Assembly (NCBI GenBank): GCA_026026165.1 | Contig: JAPEUD010000102.1 | Coordinates: 48,387-68,386 of the forward strand | Origin: Sarea resinae | Lineage: Eukaryota | Reading direction: 5' to 3' | DNA: 20,000 bases | Shown: positions 10,419-20,000 of the stretch, one piece after another | How the letters are laid out: each line of letters begins with the position of its first letter | Position numbering within the stretch: the first letter of the stretch is position 1 | Notes under the pieces: generated by a model | Told to the model about the DNA's origin: nothing | Seen by the model: only the letters and a program-made list of their open reading frames with translations | Databases searched by the model: none | Made by a program: the position numbers and the translations under genes

Positions 10419-11203
10419 TCACAAGCTTGCGAGCTGCCTGTTAACAGCATCCTTGTCCCAGATTCTATCTCCCCCTTCTCCTAGACCCGCCGGATCCATA
10501 TTTGAGCAGGATGTTTCGAACCAGTCCATCTTTTCTATCTGATCTTGGGTCGGGCTTTGTGCTCTGTAGCTATCTCGCAACTCATTCCACCCATCTACAC
10601 CACCCACATCCTCCGCACATGGATGCCCTTCCCCATCCCGACAGATGAATCCTGAAGTGCTGATATTCCTGACTTCGCCGGTGTCTTCTCGGCCCACAAT
10701 TGTAATACAGTGATCCCAGCGGTCCCCAAAATCGTACTCATACTCGATAGTGGCGTCTGCGAATGATCTGTCCTCGAAAAGCTCAGACAGTCGTGTTTGT
10801 AAAGCATGCTTTTCGGGGGTAGTCTCTAGTCCCAACGTGGCATTCATGTTGGCGCGGTGGATCAGATCGTTGCCACTGTCGTCGCTGATCCTAAGAGCGT
10901 TCTCGGCGGATTGTAGAAAGAGCGACGGCCGTAGGAGTCGTTCTGTCCACCAGCGCTTCGGTGAGGTTCGAGGAACTTGAAGGCATAGAGATGAGTGGTG
11001 GCCCAATTAAAAGCGATTTGTATGGCGCGGTGCAGCTCATCAAATGTAGCTGTTGGTGGACAAGACAATGTACGACTGATGGCGGGGTCTTCGATCTCTC
11101 CAGGACATAGGTCGATCTTCAAGATATAGTTTCGAGGTAGCAAGTTTGGGGGCCGTGGGGGTCCGAAGACCCTCTTTCCGTTGATATGCGTCGCCGCGGA
11201 CAT
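10419..11203 (-). pseudogene. pRiA4b ORF3-like (MM3350-like) protein, split by an apparent 1-nt frameshift near 10890-10897
   Basis: The N-half (ORF 11203-10862) has RTLSCPPTATFDELHRAIQIAFNWATTHLYAF. The C-half (ORF 11006-10419) has IEYEYDFGDRWDHCI and CRDGEGHPCAEDVGGVDGW. Both halves match the family but are in different frames, with no consensus intron between them. Confidence 0.75.
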
Positions 11204-11420
11204 CCTTTTAATCGTCGCCTAGGAACTCTTAGGAACTGAGATTGATTACCGAGATGGTGTACTCTGGCTGCGGAGGGACAGGGACACTTGCTGAGTAAGG
11301 TAGTGAGTAGGTTGTTGATTGTTGACGCGGGAGCGCTGACTAGGGTGTGGGAGCGCGTTCGCTCAAAGCAGCGATAAGTGCCCGCATACCATAGTAGGGA
11401 CGACTCGCTTGTGAATTACG

Positions 11421-13702
11421 TTAAGTTTCTAGTACATTATTAAAAAATGTAAGAGGAGAGTAAAAGCCAGAAGGGAAATCTAATAAGTCTTTTTATTAGT
11501 TGCAATTAGCATGACCGAGTGTGCTTCTTACATTGATCGTCGAACGTTGCGCCAAATTCATTCAGAGGTATGGCATCAAAATCCGTCAGAAAGTCGTCAG
11601 CAGCGGGCCCGCTACCGTCCTCGGTAGACGCTTCTGTGTTTCCAAGGACAACACCTAGAGCTTTCGCTACTTTTCTAGCTTCCGCAGATGCCGTACTCAT
11701 TTGAAGCCAAATCTTATGCGAGATCGTCAGTCGTTGTCGAATCTCTTCAGCCCTAGGCGACCACGTTGTCTGTCCTCCAGTCTCAGGCAATTCAAATTTA
11801 TCGACGTCTTGAAGGTAGAGACAGAGCACGCTCGTTGCGAGGAGAACATCCTGGTTGAAAATATGGGTGACCTTCCATCTAAGCTGACACAAACGACCAA
11901 ATGGCTGAGACTCTTCGTGAAGCATCTGTTGAAACGATAGAATTTTGAGTGCGGAATCTAAACAAATTCGCACCGACTCCCTGTCCCGCTCTTGAGACTG
12001 TCGAACTGGGTAGCTGATCAAAGCTCTCCGGTACAGGAGGATGCGTGATTTGTAGTAGGTCGTCTCTACACTTACCCGCTGTACCACAAGGTTTGGACTA
12101 TCCGTGATAGGGTGTGGTAGAATTTCCCAGCGCAGCACGGCCGGAATAGCACGATTGTGTACGTCTTCAAGAAGTGCGTCGACCTTGATGACCTTGTCAT
12201 AGGAAGGGGGATTAATATCGGTGTTGACGTCGCAAATCAAGCCGAGGGCTGATATCAGTCGTCCTTTTGCAATGAGAGGCAGCACCGGCGTCCATTCTGT
12301 TTCTGGCCTCGGCGGAGGCATCTCAGTCGTGTCCTCTTCAAAGTCACAGTCGCGCAGATTACGGGGCTGTTTGGTATCGATGTGCGTATCTGTGGCATTT
12401 CGAGGAAGGCCCATCTCCAAGGAGAGAACGAGATCTAATTGAAGGATTGTAGTCCAGATGCGTCTACGCATCTCACCCTCGAATGGAGATATTCCGGGAA
12501 AGTGATCTGGGTCCCGGTGATAGCCCATGCGCATTGCAAGATGAAGGATCAGACTGATCAAAAGCCAGCCATCGGTAGCGCTATCTTTCAAGAGTACAGA
12601 CTCTCCAGTAAGGAACGTTATGAGGGTTTCCAGGATATATGGTCCTCCCGTCGTATACCTAGCCAGAATAAGACACTGAACGGCCTTCTCACGGAAGTCA
12701 TCCTTCATGGTAAGATATTCCGCCTTGAGCGATTCGGCTCGTCCGTCGGTGAAGTCAATGGTGAAGGTCTGCAACTGCGCAGCAATATATAACATGGAGA
12801 ACAGGAGACCGATCCAAGCGATAGAAGTTGCAGACGGATCTTCCCAGAAGGTTTCATACTAATCAAATGTCAGACTGCTTGTAATCGGCCAGGTTAGAAA
12901 GAACCCACCTCTCGGAGAAACTTCTTGCCATGAATGAGATCTACAGCACACAGTCAATGCCTCTGAGAGCGGAAAGGAAGCTTGGATGTACCGACATGGA
13001 GTGATAATGTAGGAATCGAAGTGAAGGGCTATGAGGCGGTCAACAACTGGACGAGGAGGAACCGCAGCCAGTATCTCATCTCGAGTTGCATGACGGTTCG
13101 GGCCATAGAACAAGCGTGACCCGGGCGGAGCCTTGCTATTAATGACCAAGTCCTCCTTCAGTCCTCTGATTTTGGTCAGAATGGCCTCCCAATGGACACT
13201 CTGGACATAGCTGGTTCCAGACTCGCGCAACTTTAGGGTGCCAGGGTCTGCCGGGGATGCCGCTTCACCTTGGGATTTCTTTGGACTCCGGATCTCCGGG
13301 GACCCATCTGCGAATGATGGCGCGCTTGGTCTCGGCGATTTCGGTGCGGGCGGACTTAGGAGTGATGGGCCTTTCATGAGCGTCACGACAAGGCTCTCCA
13401 GTTCCGAGATTCGGCCATGGAGGCTGGTGGACTGTCGCGGAGCAACGGACCGCTGAGCGTCGGGCGTCGAAGAAGAAGATGTTGTCGCATAATTGCAGGG
13501 GTCGGTGAGGCCACGCCTTGAGCAAGCTCCGCATGGGTGCTGTCGGTCGCACCTCAGCCTTGCAAAGTTCAGTGTGCACGACTTGGTGATGGTGATGGCT
13601 ATCGAGCACGTACTTTCGGTGTCTGCAAGGGTCGCAGGAAACCTGGACTTTGTCTCGGCGTCGATTTGGCGGCGGACGCGGACGGTGAGCAATGTCGGCC
13701 AT
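11421..13702 (-). CDS. Zn(II)2Cys6 transcription factor with fungal-specific TF domain; exons 13702-13614, 13558-12996, 12940-12909, 12858-11532, 11479-11421, about 689 aa
   Basis: The spliced zinc cluster is SCDPCRHRKLRCDRQHPCGACSRRGLTDPCNY. The middle homology region is LAMRMGYHRDPDHFPGISPFEGEMRRRIW. Four 50-55 nt GT-AG introns restore a single frame; the last exon is the least certain. Confidence 0.9.
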
Positions 13703-14262
13703 GGTGTGACTGGATTGAGGCGATTGCGGAGCTCAACCTCGTCGAGAAAGAAGATGTCTGGCGGCGCCAACCGAATGGGTTTTATCGAAAATTGGTCTTC
13801 GTTCTCCTTTTGACGGAGATTGATGATAGAGACAGAGTACAACTAGTATATTGTCGGATTCGAAACTGAGTTCGTTTGGGACTATCGACTGATATGGATG
13901 GGTATGAGGTATGAGGCGATGGAGAAAGGAACGACCGTCCGACCGTCCGACCGTCCGCGCGCCGCCCACGACGCCAGCTCCTCCTGCTCCTCCGACCCTC
14001 CGCGTCCGCTCGCTCTCCGAGCTCCCCTTCGATCAAGCAAATCTCCCATTTGGCTCCGCATTGACGAACCGTTTTGCGGATTTAGTAGCTGGCGCAATGA
14101 GCCCTTGCCCAAAAAGAAGAAAAATAGCCATGACTCCTCTACGCGGCCTTCTTCGTCCGGGCGTGGTCCGGCCCGCCTACCCTGCCTTCAAATATATATA
14201 TAGCAAGCAAAGCCTGGCACCCGTGAACAAATACGCGCCCATATCCCTCTCGACAGCATATC
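13703..14262. promoter_or_regulatory. Divergent (bidirectional) promoter shared by the Zn2Cys6 TF and the MFS transporter
   Basis: 560-bp gap between head-to-head start codons. It contains TATATATATA at 14193-14202, 60 nt before the MFS ATG, and many CCG/CGG triplets including (CGACCGTC)x3 at 13932-13957. Confidence 0.7.
13932..13957. repeat. Perfect 8-bp tandem repeat (CGACCGTC) x3.25
   Basis: cgaccgtc cgaccgtc cgaccgtc cg read directly. Confidence 0.9.
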
Positions 14263-15935
14263 ATGGCGGCCGACTGGGAATCCGCACATGAGAAGCCGGC
14301 CATATCGGAAGACGGCCACCATGACCAGCAATCGAGCGAGTCTGACCAAACAGCCATTGAACAAGAGACAAAGAACAATGTCGTCGACTGGGAGGGGCCT
14401 GACGATGCCCAGAATCCGCGGAACTGGCCAGCATGGAAACGCATGACCCAAGTCGTCTTCGCCAGCGCTTTCTTGCTCACCGCGTAAGGCAGTCCCTGTT
14501 CCTGCGCTCCTTTGGCGAAGCACATCCCGAATCCCATACTGACCAATACACACATACAGCAACCTCGCCGCGACAATGTTTGCACCTGGAGCGGCCTCGC
14601 TTGCTCAGGAGTTCCATATCACGAGTTCCACCATTGTCAGTCTCACCGTGTCCATCTACCTTTGCGGCATCGCCATTGGGCCAATGTTCATTGCACCGCT
14701 ATCCGAACTGTACGGACGCCTGGTGATCTACCACACCTGCAATATCTTTTACCTTGGCTTCATCATCGGATGTGCGCTGAGCACAAACACCGGCAGTTTT
14801 CTCGCTTTTCGATTCCTGGCCGGATGTGCTTCTTCGGGCCCATTGACAGTTGGCGGAGGAACCGTCGCCGACGTCGTCCCGCCAGCTCAGCGTGGGAGGG
14901 TAATGTCTGTGTTCTTCATGGGACCACTTCTGGGACCAGTAGATGGCATCACCCCACGCAAACCGTCATGACACTGACGATCCTTCAAGGTCTTGGGCCC
15001 CATTATTGGTGGCTTTGTGTCCGAATCAATTGGCTGGCGATGGACTTTTTGGATCATCTTAATCCTCGTGGGTAGAGCACAACCCCGACGATTCTTGAGT
15101 CGCTGACGGTTCGACCTAGGCAGGAGTATCATTTACCATATCAATCTTCCTCCTCCGCGAGACCAATGCCGCCGTGCTGCTAGGATGGAAAGCCGCTCGC
15201 CTCCGGAAAGAAACGGGCAATGCTGCTCTGGTTTCGAAGATGGATCGAGGCCTGACCCCCCGCCAGCTATTCCTCCGCGCTATTACTCGGCCAACAAAGC
15301 TTCTCATCCTGTCGCCAATCGTGCTCCTCCTTTCCCTCCTGTGCGCGTTCGTTTTCAGCCTCCTCTTTATGCTGTTCACTACGTTTCCCACGGTCTTTGA
15401 GGAACAATACCACTTCTCCGCCGGCGTTTCTGGCTTGTCATATCTCGGCGTTGGAATTGGAATGGTCGTCTCTCTCGGATTCTTTGCCACCGTGAGCGAC
15501 AAACTGCAAAAGGCACTTGGAGATTCGCCCAAACCTGAAGGACGCCTGAAGCCCATGGCGTGGGTCATGCCCGCCGTGCCCGTCGGCATCTTCTGGTATG
15601 GCTGGGCAGCCGAGAAGCAGACTCATTGGATCGTGCCCATCATCGGCACCTCATTCTTCGGATTCGGCTTTCTCTGGGTCATAATGCCAACTCAGCTCTA
15701 CATGGTGGATGCTTTTGGTCCCGAGGCTGCCGCCTCTGCATTGGCTGCGAACGTGATTCTCCGACTTCTTTTTGCAGCTTTCATTCCATTAGCAGGGCCG
15801 TCTTTGTATGCAGACCTAGGACTTGGGTGGGGGAATAGCGTCCTAGGTTTTATAGGGGTGGCTTTTCTTCCAGTGCCACTCTTGCTCTATCGTTACGGAG
15901 GGTGGCTTAGGGAGCGTTTTGCTGTGAAGCTATAA
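14263..15935 (+). CDS. MFS drug:H+ antiporter (DHA1 family, Mdr1/Tpo/Flr1-like); exons 14263-14483, 14560-14938, 14990-15067, 15120-15935, about 497 aa
   Basis: Motifs VDWEGPDDAQNPRNWPAWKR, APLSELYGR, FRFLAG, GGGTVADV, GPLLGPVLGPIIGGFV...GWRWTFW, LRET, KPEGRL and LGLGWGNSVLGFI. Three GT-AG introns each have a CTGAC branch site. Confidence 0.93.
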
Positions 15936-16879
15936 CGTTTCATGTTGATATAGACTTGTTATAGATCTATTTTACTATTTGCAGCGCTTTTCACAAGGAG
16001 ATTGTCGCGACTTTCTGCTATTTTATTCTATGTATAACTAGGTATAAATAATAGATTTAATGTCTCTACTACTACAGTTACAAGCATAAGTTTTGTGAGG
16101 GGGGTAGATTGCTAGGATTGCCTTAGCTGCCTCTAACCAATTATAGGGGCTAATTTACATGCTGCTTTTAATACTATATATATAGACTGTCTGTATTAAT
16201 AACTGCCTAGCAGCGATCTAGCATTAAATCTATCAGATTATTAAGTGTCTCTGTAGAAATTTAATCCTATACCTCTTATATAGTAAGCCTAAGCTTATTA
16301 GCAGACTATTGCTTAGGAAAATTATTCTATCTCTATTAACAACTAGAGTTAAACTTAAACTCTAAAAGTATATACTCTTTTTAACGATTATAATTAGTAG
16401 AAATAATTTAGCAAGAGTAGAACTCTAGTAGTAGAACTCTAGTTAGTTAATACTGTTAAAATACTCTCTTTCTTTAGGCGTATTATATCTTCTAATCTTC
16501 TCTATTATAATCCTAACTGTATTGCACTTTGTAAAGACGCTGTCTTCCTACTAATCTGCCCTTTGTTTAAGTAAGGCAAGTAAGCTAAAGTAAGAATTAA
16601 TAATGAAATTATAATAGTAGAATCGCGCCTCTCTACTAACAGCCTTATTAGATAATAACAACGACTATAAGGCTAACTCCTCTATCTCTAAATGCCTTTA
16701 GAGCCTTAGACTAGTATATGCAGTCTAATCTAGGTTAATTTTCTATTGCTAGCTTACTAGCTTAGATTTCACCTATCTAGAGTAAACTTAGAGTTAATTA
16801 AGAGTTAGAGTTCTAAGAGTTATTATAGTGAGCTAAGGTATGCTAGTAGCGCACTTAGCTAGAGCAGCAGCTGTAGTTA

Positions 16880-17001
16880 AAGAGAGAGAGAAGAAGAAGA
16901 AAAAGAAGAAGAAAGATAAGAAAGATAAAGAGAAGAAAGAAAGAAAGCAACTATTAACAATAATAATAGGCAGCAAGCAGCAGCAGCAGCAGTAGCAGCA
17001 G
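16880..17001. repeat. Low-complexity tracts: (GA)n/(GAA)n purine run followed by (CAG)n
   Basis: agagagagagaagaagaagaaaaagaagaagaaag... then cagcaagcagcagcagcagcagtagcagcag. Confidence 0.75.
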
Positions 17002-17002
17002 G

Positions 17003-17188
17003 TATTATTATTCTACTATAAGCCTTACTATTAGGTCCTTATTTGCTGTTAATATAGCTACACAATTTAAAATATTAACTACTACTTAAAGAATAGTTAT
17101 ACAATGCTTATAAAGAAGCGACATCTGCTTTAGGCCTAGTATTAAGACTATAGCCTACTTAATCTGCAAGCTATACCCTTACTACTAC
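17003..17188 (+). repeat. Diverged direct-repeat copy of 17938-18123 (RIP-degraded zinc-finger / DUF3505-like segment)
   Basis: Co-linear blocks are shared by both copies: attattattctactataagc, actattaggtcct, tgctgttaatatagctacac, tttaaaatat, ctacttaaag, tagtattaag, ctatagcctacttaatct, actactac. Confidence 0.85.
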
Positions 17189-17942
17189 CTTATTACTCTA
17201 CATTTTCTATCTACATTATAGTAGGTAAAAACACTGTCTTCTTACTAATCTTTACCTCTTTAAGGCATTAAACTAAGCCTAAGTAAGAATTAACAGTGTT
17301 TTCTTAACAGTGTTTTTATACCTGTTAAAAAACGCTCTTTGCCTACTAACCTAACTACTTTAATAGCTGCCTTAATTCTTACTTATATATCTACTCTTTG
17401 TTTATTTAATTGCTAACCTACTAGCGTTAATTTCCTACCCTTAGAGTTGCTCTATCCTTTAGAGTTACTTAGAGTTAGAGGTATTAAGAGGTGATTGCAG
17501 CTAGCTAAGGCAGACTAACAACGCACTTTACCTCTAGCGCTTATATAGCGCTTTAAGGAAAGAAGAAGGCTTGCTTATATCTAATCTACTAGCTGCTGTT
17601 TAAAGATTAAAAAACTTCTAGATAGTCTAGAAGAAAAAGCTCTCTATATATATACACTGCACCTACCTAGCCTGCTAGCTATTTAGCTAGCCTAGCTAGT
17701 AAAATCTACTAAAAGAGTTTAAGTATTACTTAGAGTTAAAAGAGGATTAAAAGGTTATTATAATAAGCTAAGGTATACTAACTACACACTTTACCTATAG
17801 TAGTGCTACTACTACTCTTAATAACTAGTAGCAGTAGCTGTAGTAAGTAGTGTAAGAATAAGAGCAATAAGAGTAGTAAGAGAAGTAAAAGAAGTAGTAA
17901 AAGAGATTAGGATTAAGATTAAGATTAGGATCGCGATTATTA

Positions 17943-19871
17943 TTATTCTACTATAAGCTAAACTATTAGGTCCTAATCTGCTGTTAATATAGCTACACTC
18001 TTTAAAATATAGACTGCTACTTAAAGGATAGTTATATAATGCTAGCTAAGAAGTAATATCTGCTTAGAGTGTAGTATTAAGGCTATAGCCTACTTAATCT
18101 ATATGCTATACCTTTACTACTACTAAATTGCCTTGTATTTCTTACTCTAGAGGCACTTACTAATAGCTTTACTTATTAAGACTATAGTTTTAGCATAGTA
18201 AATCGCTAGATTATATAGAAGCATAGTAATAAGCAGCACACCTAGTCTGCTAATTAAGAGAAAGAAGAAGAAAAGGACTCGCTAAATTAGCAGCTAGTTC
18301 TAGTGCAGACCTTCTTTACTAGCAGGCTGCAGCAATATTTTCTAGTGCAGCTAGCAAAAAAGAAGTATGTAAAGAGAAGCTATAATAATAATTAGCTAGG
18401 TAAAGCAGCCTCTAAAAATCTAGCTAGTTAGATCTAGCATGAGTTTAATACTTAGCAGGCTATATATAAGTAGAGTTAGGCTCTAATTAAGAGCAAGGTA
18501 TAGAAGACTAATTAGATAGGCTAGTTTAGTTGTATAGGCTAGCTAACCTACTTACACTATTAGAATATAGCCTACTTTCTCTATACTAGCAAGCTCTTAC
18601 TAAACTAGCGACTTAGCTAGCAGCAGTAATAAGAGCAGCAGTAGTAGTAGTAATAAGAGTAAGATTTTAACTGTATCTTAGGCTAAGTAGCTAAGGTCAC
18701 CTAACTAATAATTAAGCGCTATATAGCTAGGCTAGTAACCTTGCTATATAAGCTCTACTACTAGCTGTGTAGTAAGAAGCGCACTAAGGTGTACTAGTAG
18801 CTATAAGCTTAGCTATATAGCAATAAAGGCTAGGCGCACTATACTAACTATTAGGTGTGTCTAATCTGCTATTACCTATATATCTTTACCTACTACACCT
18901 TTACTATAGCTAATAATAACAATGCACTTAATATATAGCTAAAAGATGCTAATAAATTGCTGTATCTAATAGCAAAGCAGAATAAGCGCTTATAAGCTAT
19001 CTAAGAGTCGCTTAAGCTAGATAGTAATAAGTCCTTATAAGTTAACTATATGCTAGCCTTCTTATAAGCGCTAATCTTTTACCTACTACTAGCAGACTGC
19101 TTTAATAGCACGCTAATCTACTTCCTTACTATACTTAGCATTAACTCTAAAACTAATTAGCTATATATAGCGCTAGACTACTTCTTTTAGCTAGTAAGAG
19201 TAGTCTACTATATATAGGTGATTAAAGCTAAGGTGCTGCTGCTAGTAGCAGTGTAAGAGCAGCAAAGCCTAGCTAAGTAGAAGCGCTTCTTAGCCTAGTA
19301 TAAGAGATTCCTTACTAACAGCTTACTAAGCCTAATAAGTATAATAATTAGCCTGCTTATATACAGCAAGTATATTAGCTTATAGCAGCTAAGCACAACA
19401 ATAATAAGCTAGCCTAAGAGCGTTTAGTAGCTGCGCTTCTATAGCAAGCTAATTATAATTACCTACTTCTAGTAGATAGTGTACTAGGCAATTAAAGCTA
19501 CTAAGGCTATCCTCTAGCCTAAGCTAATATAGTGCTACTAACTAGATAACTGCTTTACTATTAACCTAGCTAGTATTAAGGATAATATAGCCTTTATATA
19601 GCAGAATTAGTCTTTCCTTAGTAACCTAGTAAATAGGCTTAATTAGAGGCTCTCTTTAATAGTAGCGCAAGTCGCACGCACTACTTAATACTTCTAGACA
19701 GTCTAGAAGAAAGAAAGAGAGAGTAGTAAAAAACCGCTCTAATAGCACAACAGCACTAGCTAGGAACTAGGCCTAGTTAGAGACTACTATTAGTATATAT
19801 AGGCCTTTCTTAAGCTGCTACTCTTTAGCTGCTATATAACTAGAGGCTAGCCTAGCTATAGCACTAAAGAG
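17943..19871 (+). pseudogene. RIP-inactivated, 3'-truncated telomere-linked RecQ helicase (TLH)-type gene; only the N-terminal DUF3505/OrsD-like zinc fingers and conserved middle region remain
   Basis: All motifs fall in one frame (codon starts divisible by 3). Raw versus de-RIP readings: Y*VLICC*YSY (YQVLICxxCGY, about 17964); FTY*DYSF...KHSNKQH (FTCQDCSF...H...H, 18168); VQTFF...QYFLV (18303); STLIYFLTILSIN (SxLIHFLAVLGID, 19107); FLTNSLLSLISIIISLLIYSK (FLADGSPSPMSTMISLLAYGK, 19308); FLKLLLFSCYITRG*PSYSTK (FLELLLFSCHMTGGQPGRGTE, 19806-19868). The family is recognised from memory of TLH-type proteins. Confidence 0.75.
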
Positions 19872-19875
19872 TCAT

Positions 19876-20000
19876 TTAGGGTTAGGGTTAGGGTTAGGGT
19901 TAGGGTTAGGGTTAGGGTTAGGGTTAGGGTTAGGGTTAGGGTTAGGGTTAGGGTTAGGGTTAGGGTTAGGGTTAGGGTTAGGGTTAGGGTTAGGGTTAGG
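19876..20000 (+). repeat. Telomeric repeat (TTAGGG)n, right chromosome end
   Basis: 20 perfect TTAGGG units plus TTAGG run to the end of the window, with the G-rich strand pointing toward the end. Confidence 0.99.

Larger units (their letters stand above)
15950..19875. other. RIP-mutated AT-rich subtelomeric block
   Basis: Abrupt switch to TpA-rich DNA depleted of CpA/TpG and CpG. The ORF track has no ORF here, and TAA/TAG are dense. Confidence 0.93.

Noticed and set aside
13703..13842. Upstream part of ORF 12859..13842 as the TF N-terminus
   Set aside because: That frame lacks the first two zinc-cluster cysteines; ATG 13702 plus intron 13613-13559 gives the complete Cys6 motif.
13733..14585. 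Multiple Arg/Pro/Ser-rich ORFs over the divergent promoter and antisense to the MFS gene
   Set aside because: By-products of GC-rich, CCG-repetitive DNA and antisense shadows.
16531..18123. Repeated blocks as a CRISPR-like array
   Set aside because: Eukaryotic context; the units are long, degenerate and irregularly spaced.
15950..19875. RIP block as an LTR/LINE retrotransposon or DDE transposon relic
   Set aside because: I found no RT, integrase or transposase motifs and no LTR/TIR; the recoverable motifs fit a TLH-type gene. The part 15950-16500 remains unassigned.

Overview
Right-hand chromosome end of a filamentous ascomycete. The evidence is short GT/GC-AG introns with CTRAC-like branch sites, a RIP signature and a terminal (TTAGGG)n telomere. 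Bases 1-15935 are a gene-dense subtelomeric accessory region. In order it holds the 3' end of an ATP-grasp ligase, a divergent porphobilinogen deaminase (HEM3-like), a stop-interrupted hypothetical gene, a small WW-like + PD-(D/E)xK-like protein, two different amidohydrolases (one needs a GC-AG intron), a frameshifted pRiA4b ORF3-like gene, and a head-to-head Zn2Cys6 transcription factor / DHA1 MFS transporter pair. From about 15950 the DNA turns abruptly AT/TpA-rich (heavy RIP). Reversing RIP changes by eye shows one conserved frame (about 17943-19871) encoding the N-terminal half of a telomere-linked RecQ helicase (TLH)-type protein. This frame is cut by the telomere repeat (19876-20000) just after its 'GGQPxRGTE' motif. 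All family calls come from motif recognition; no database search was run.
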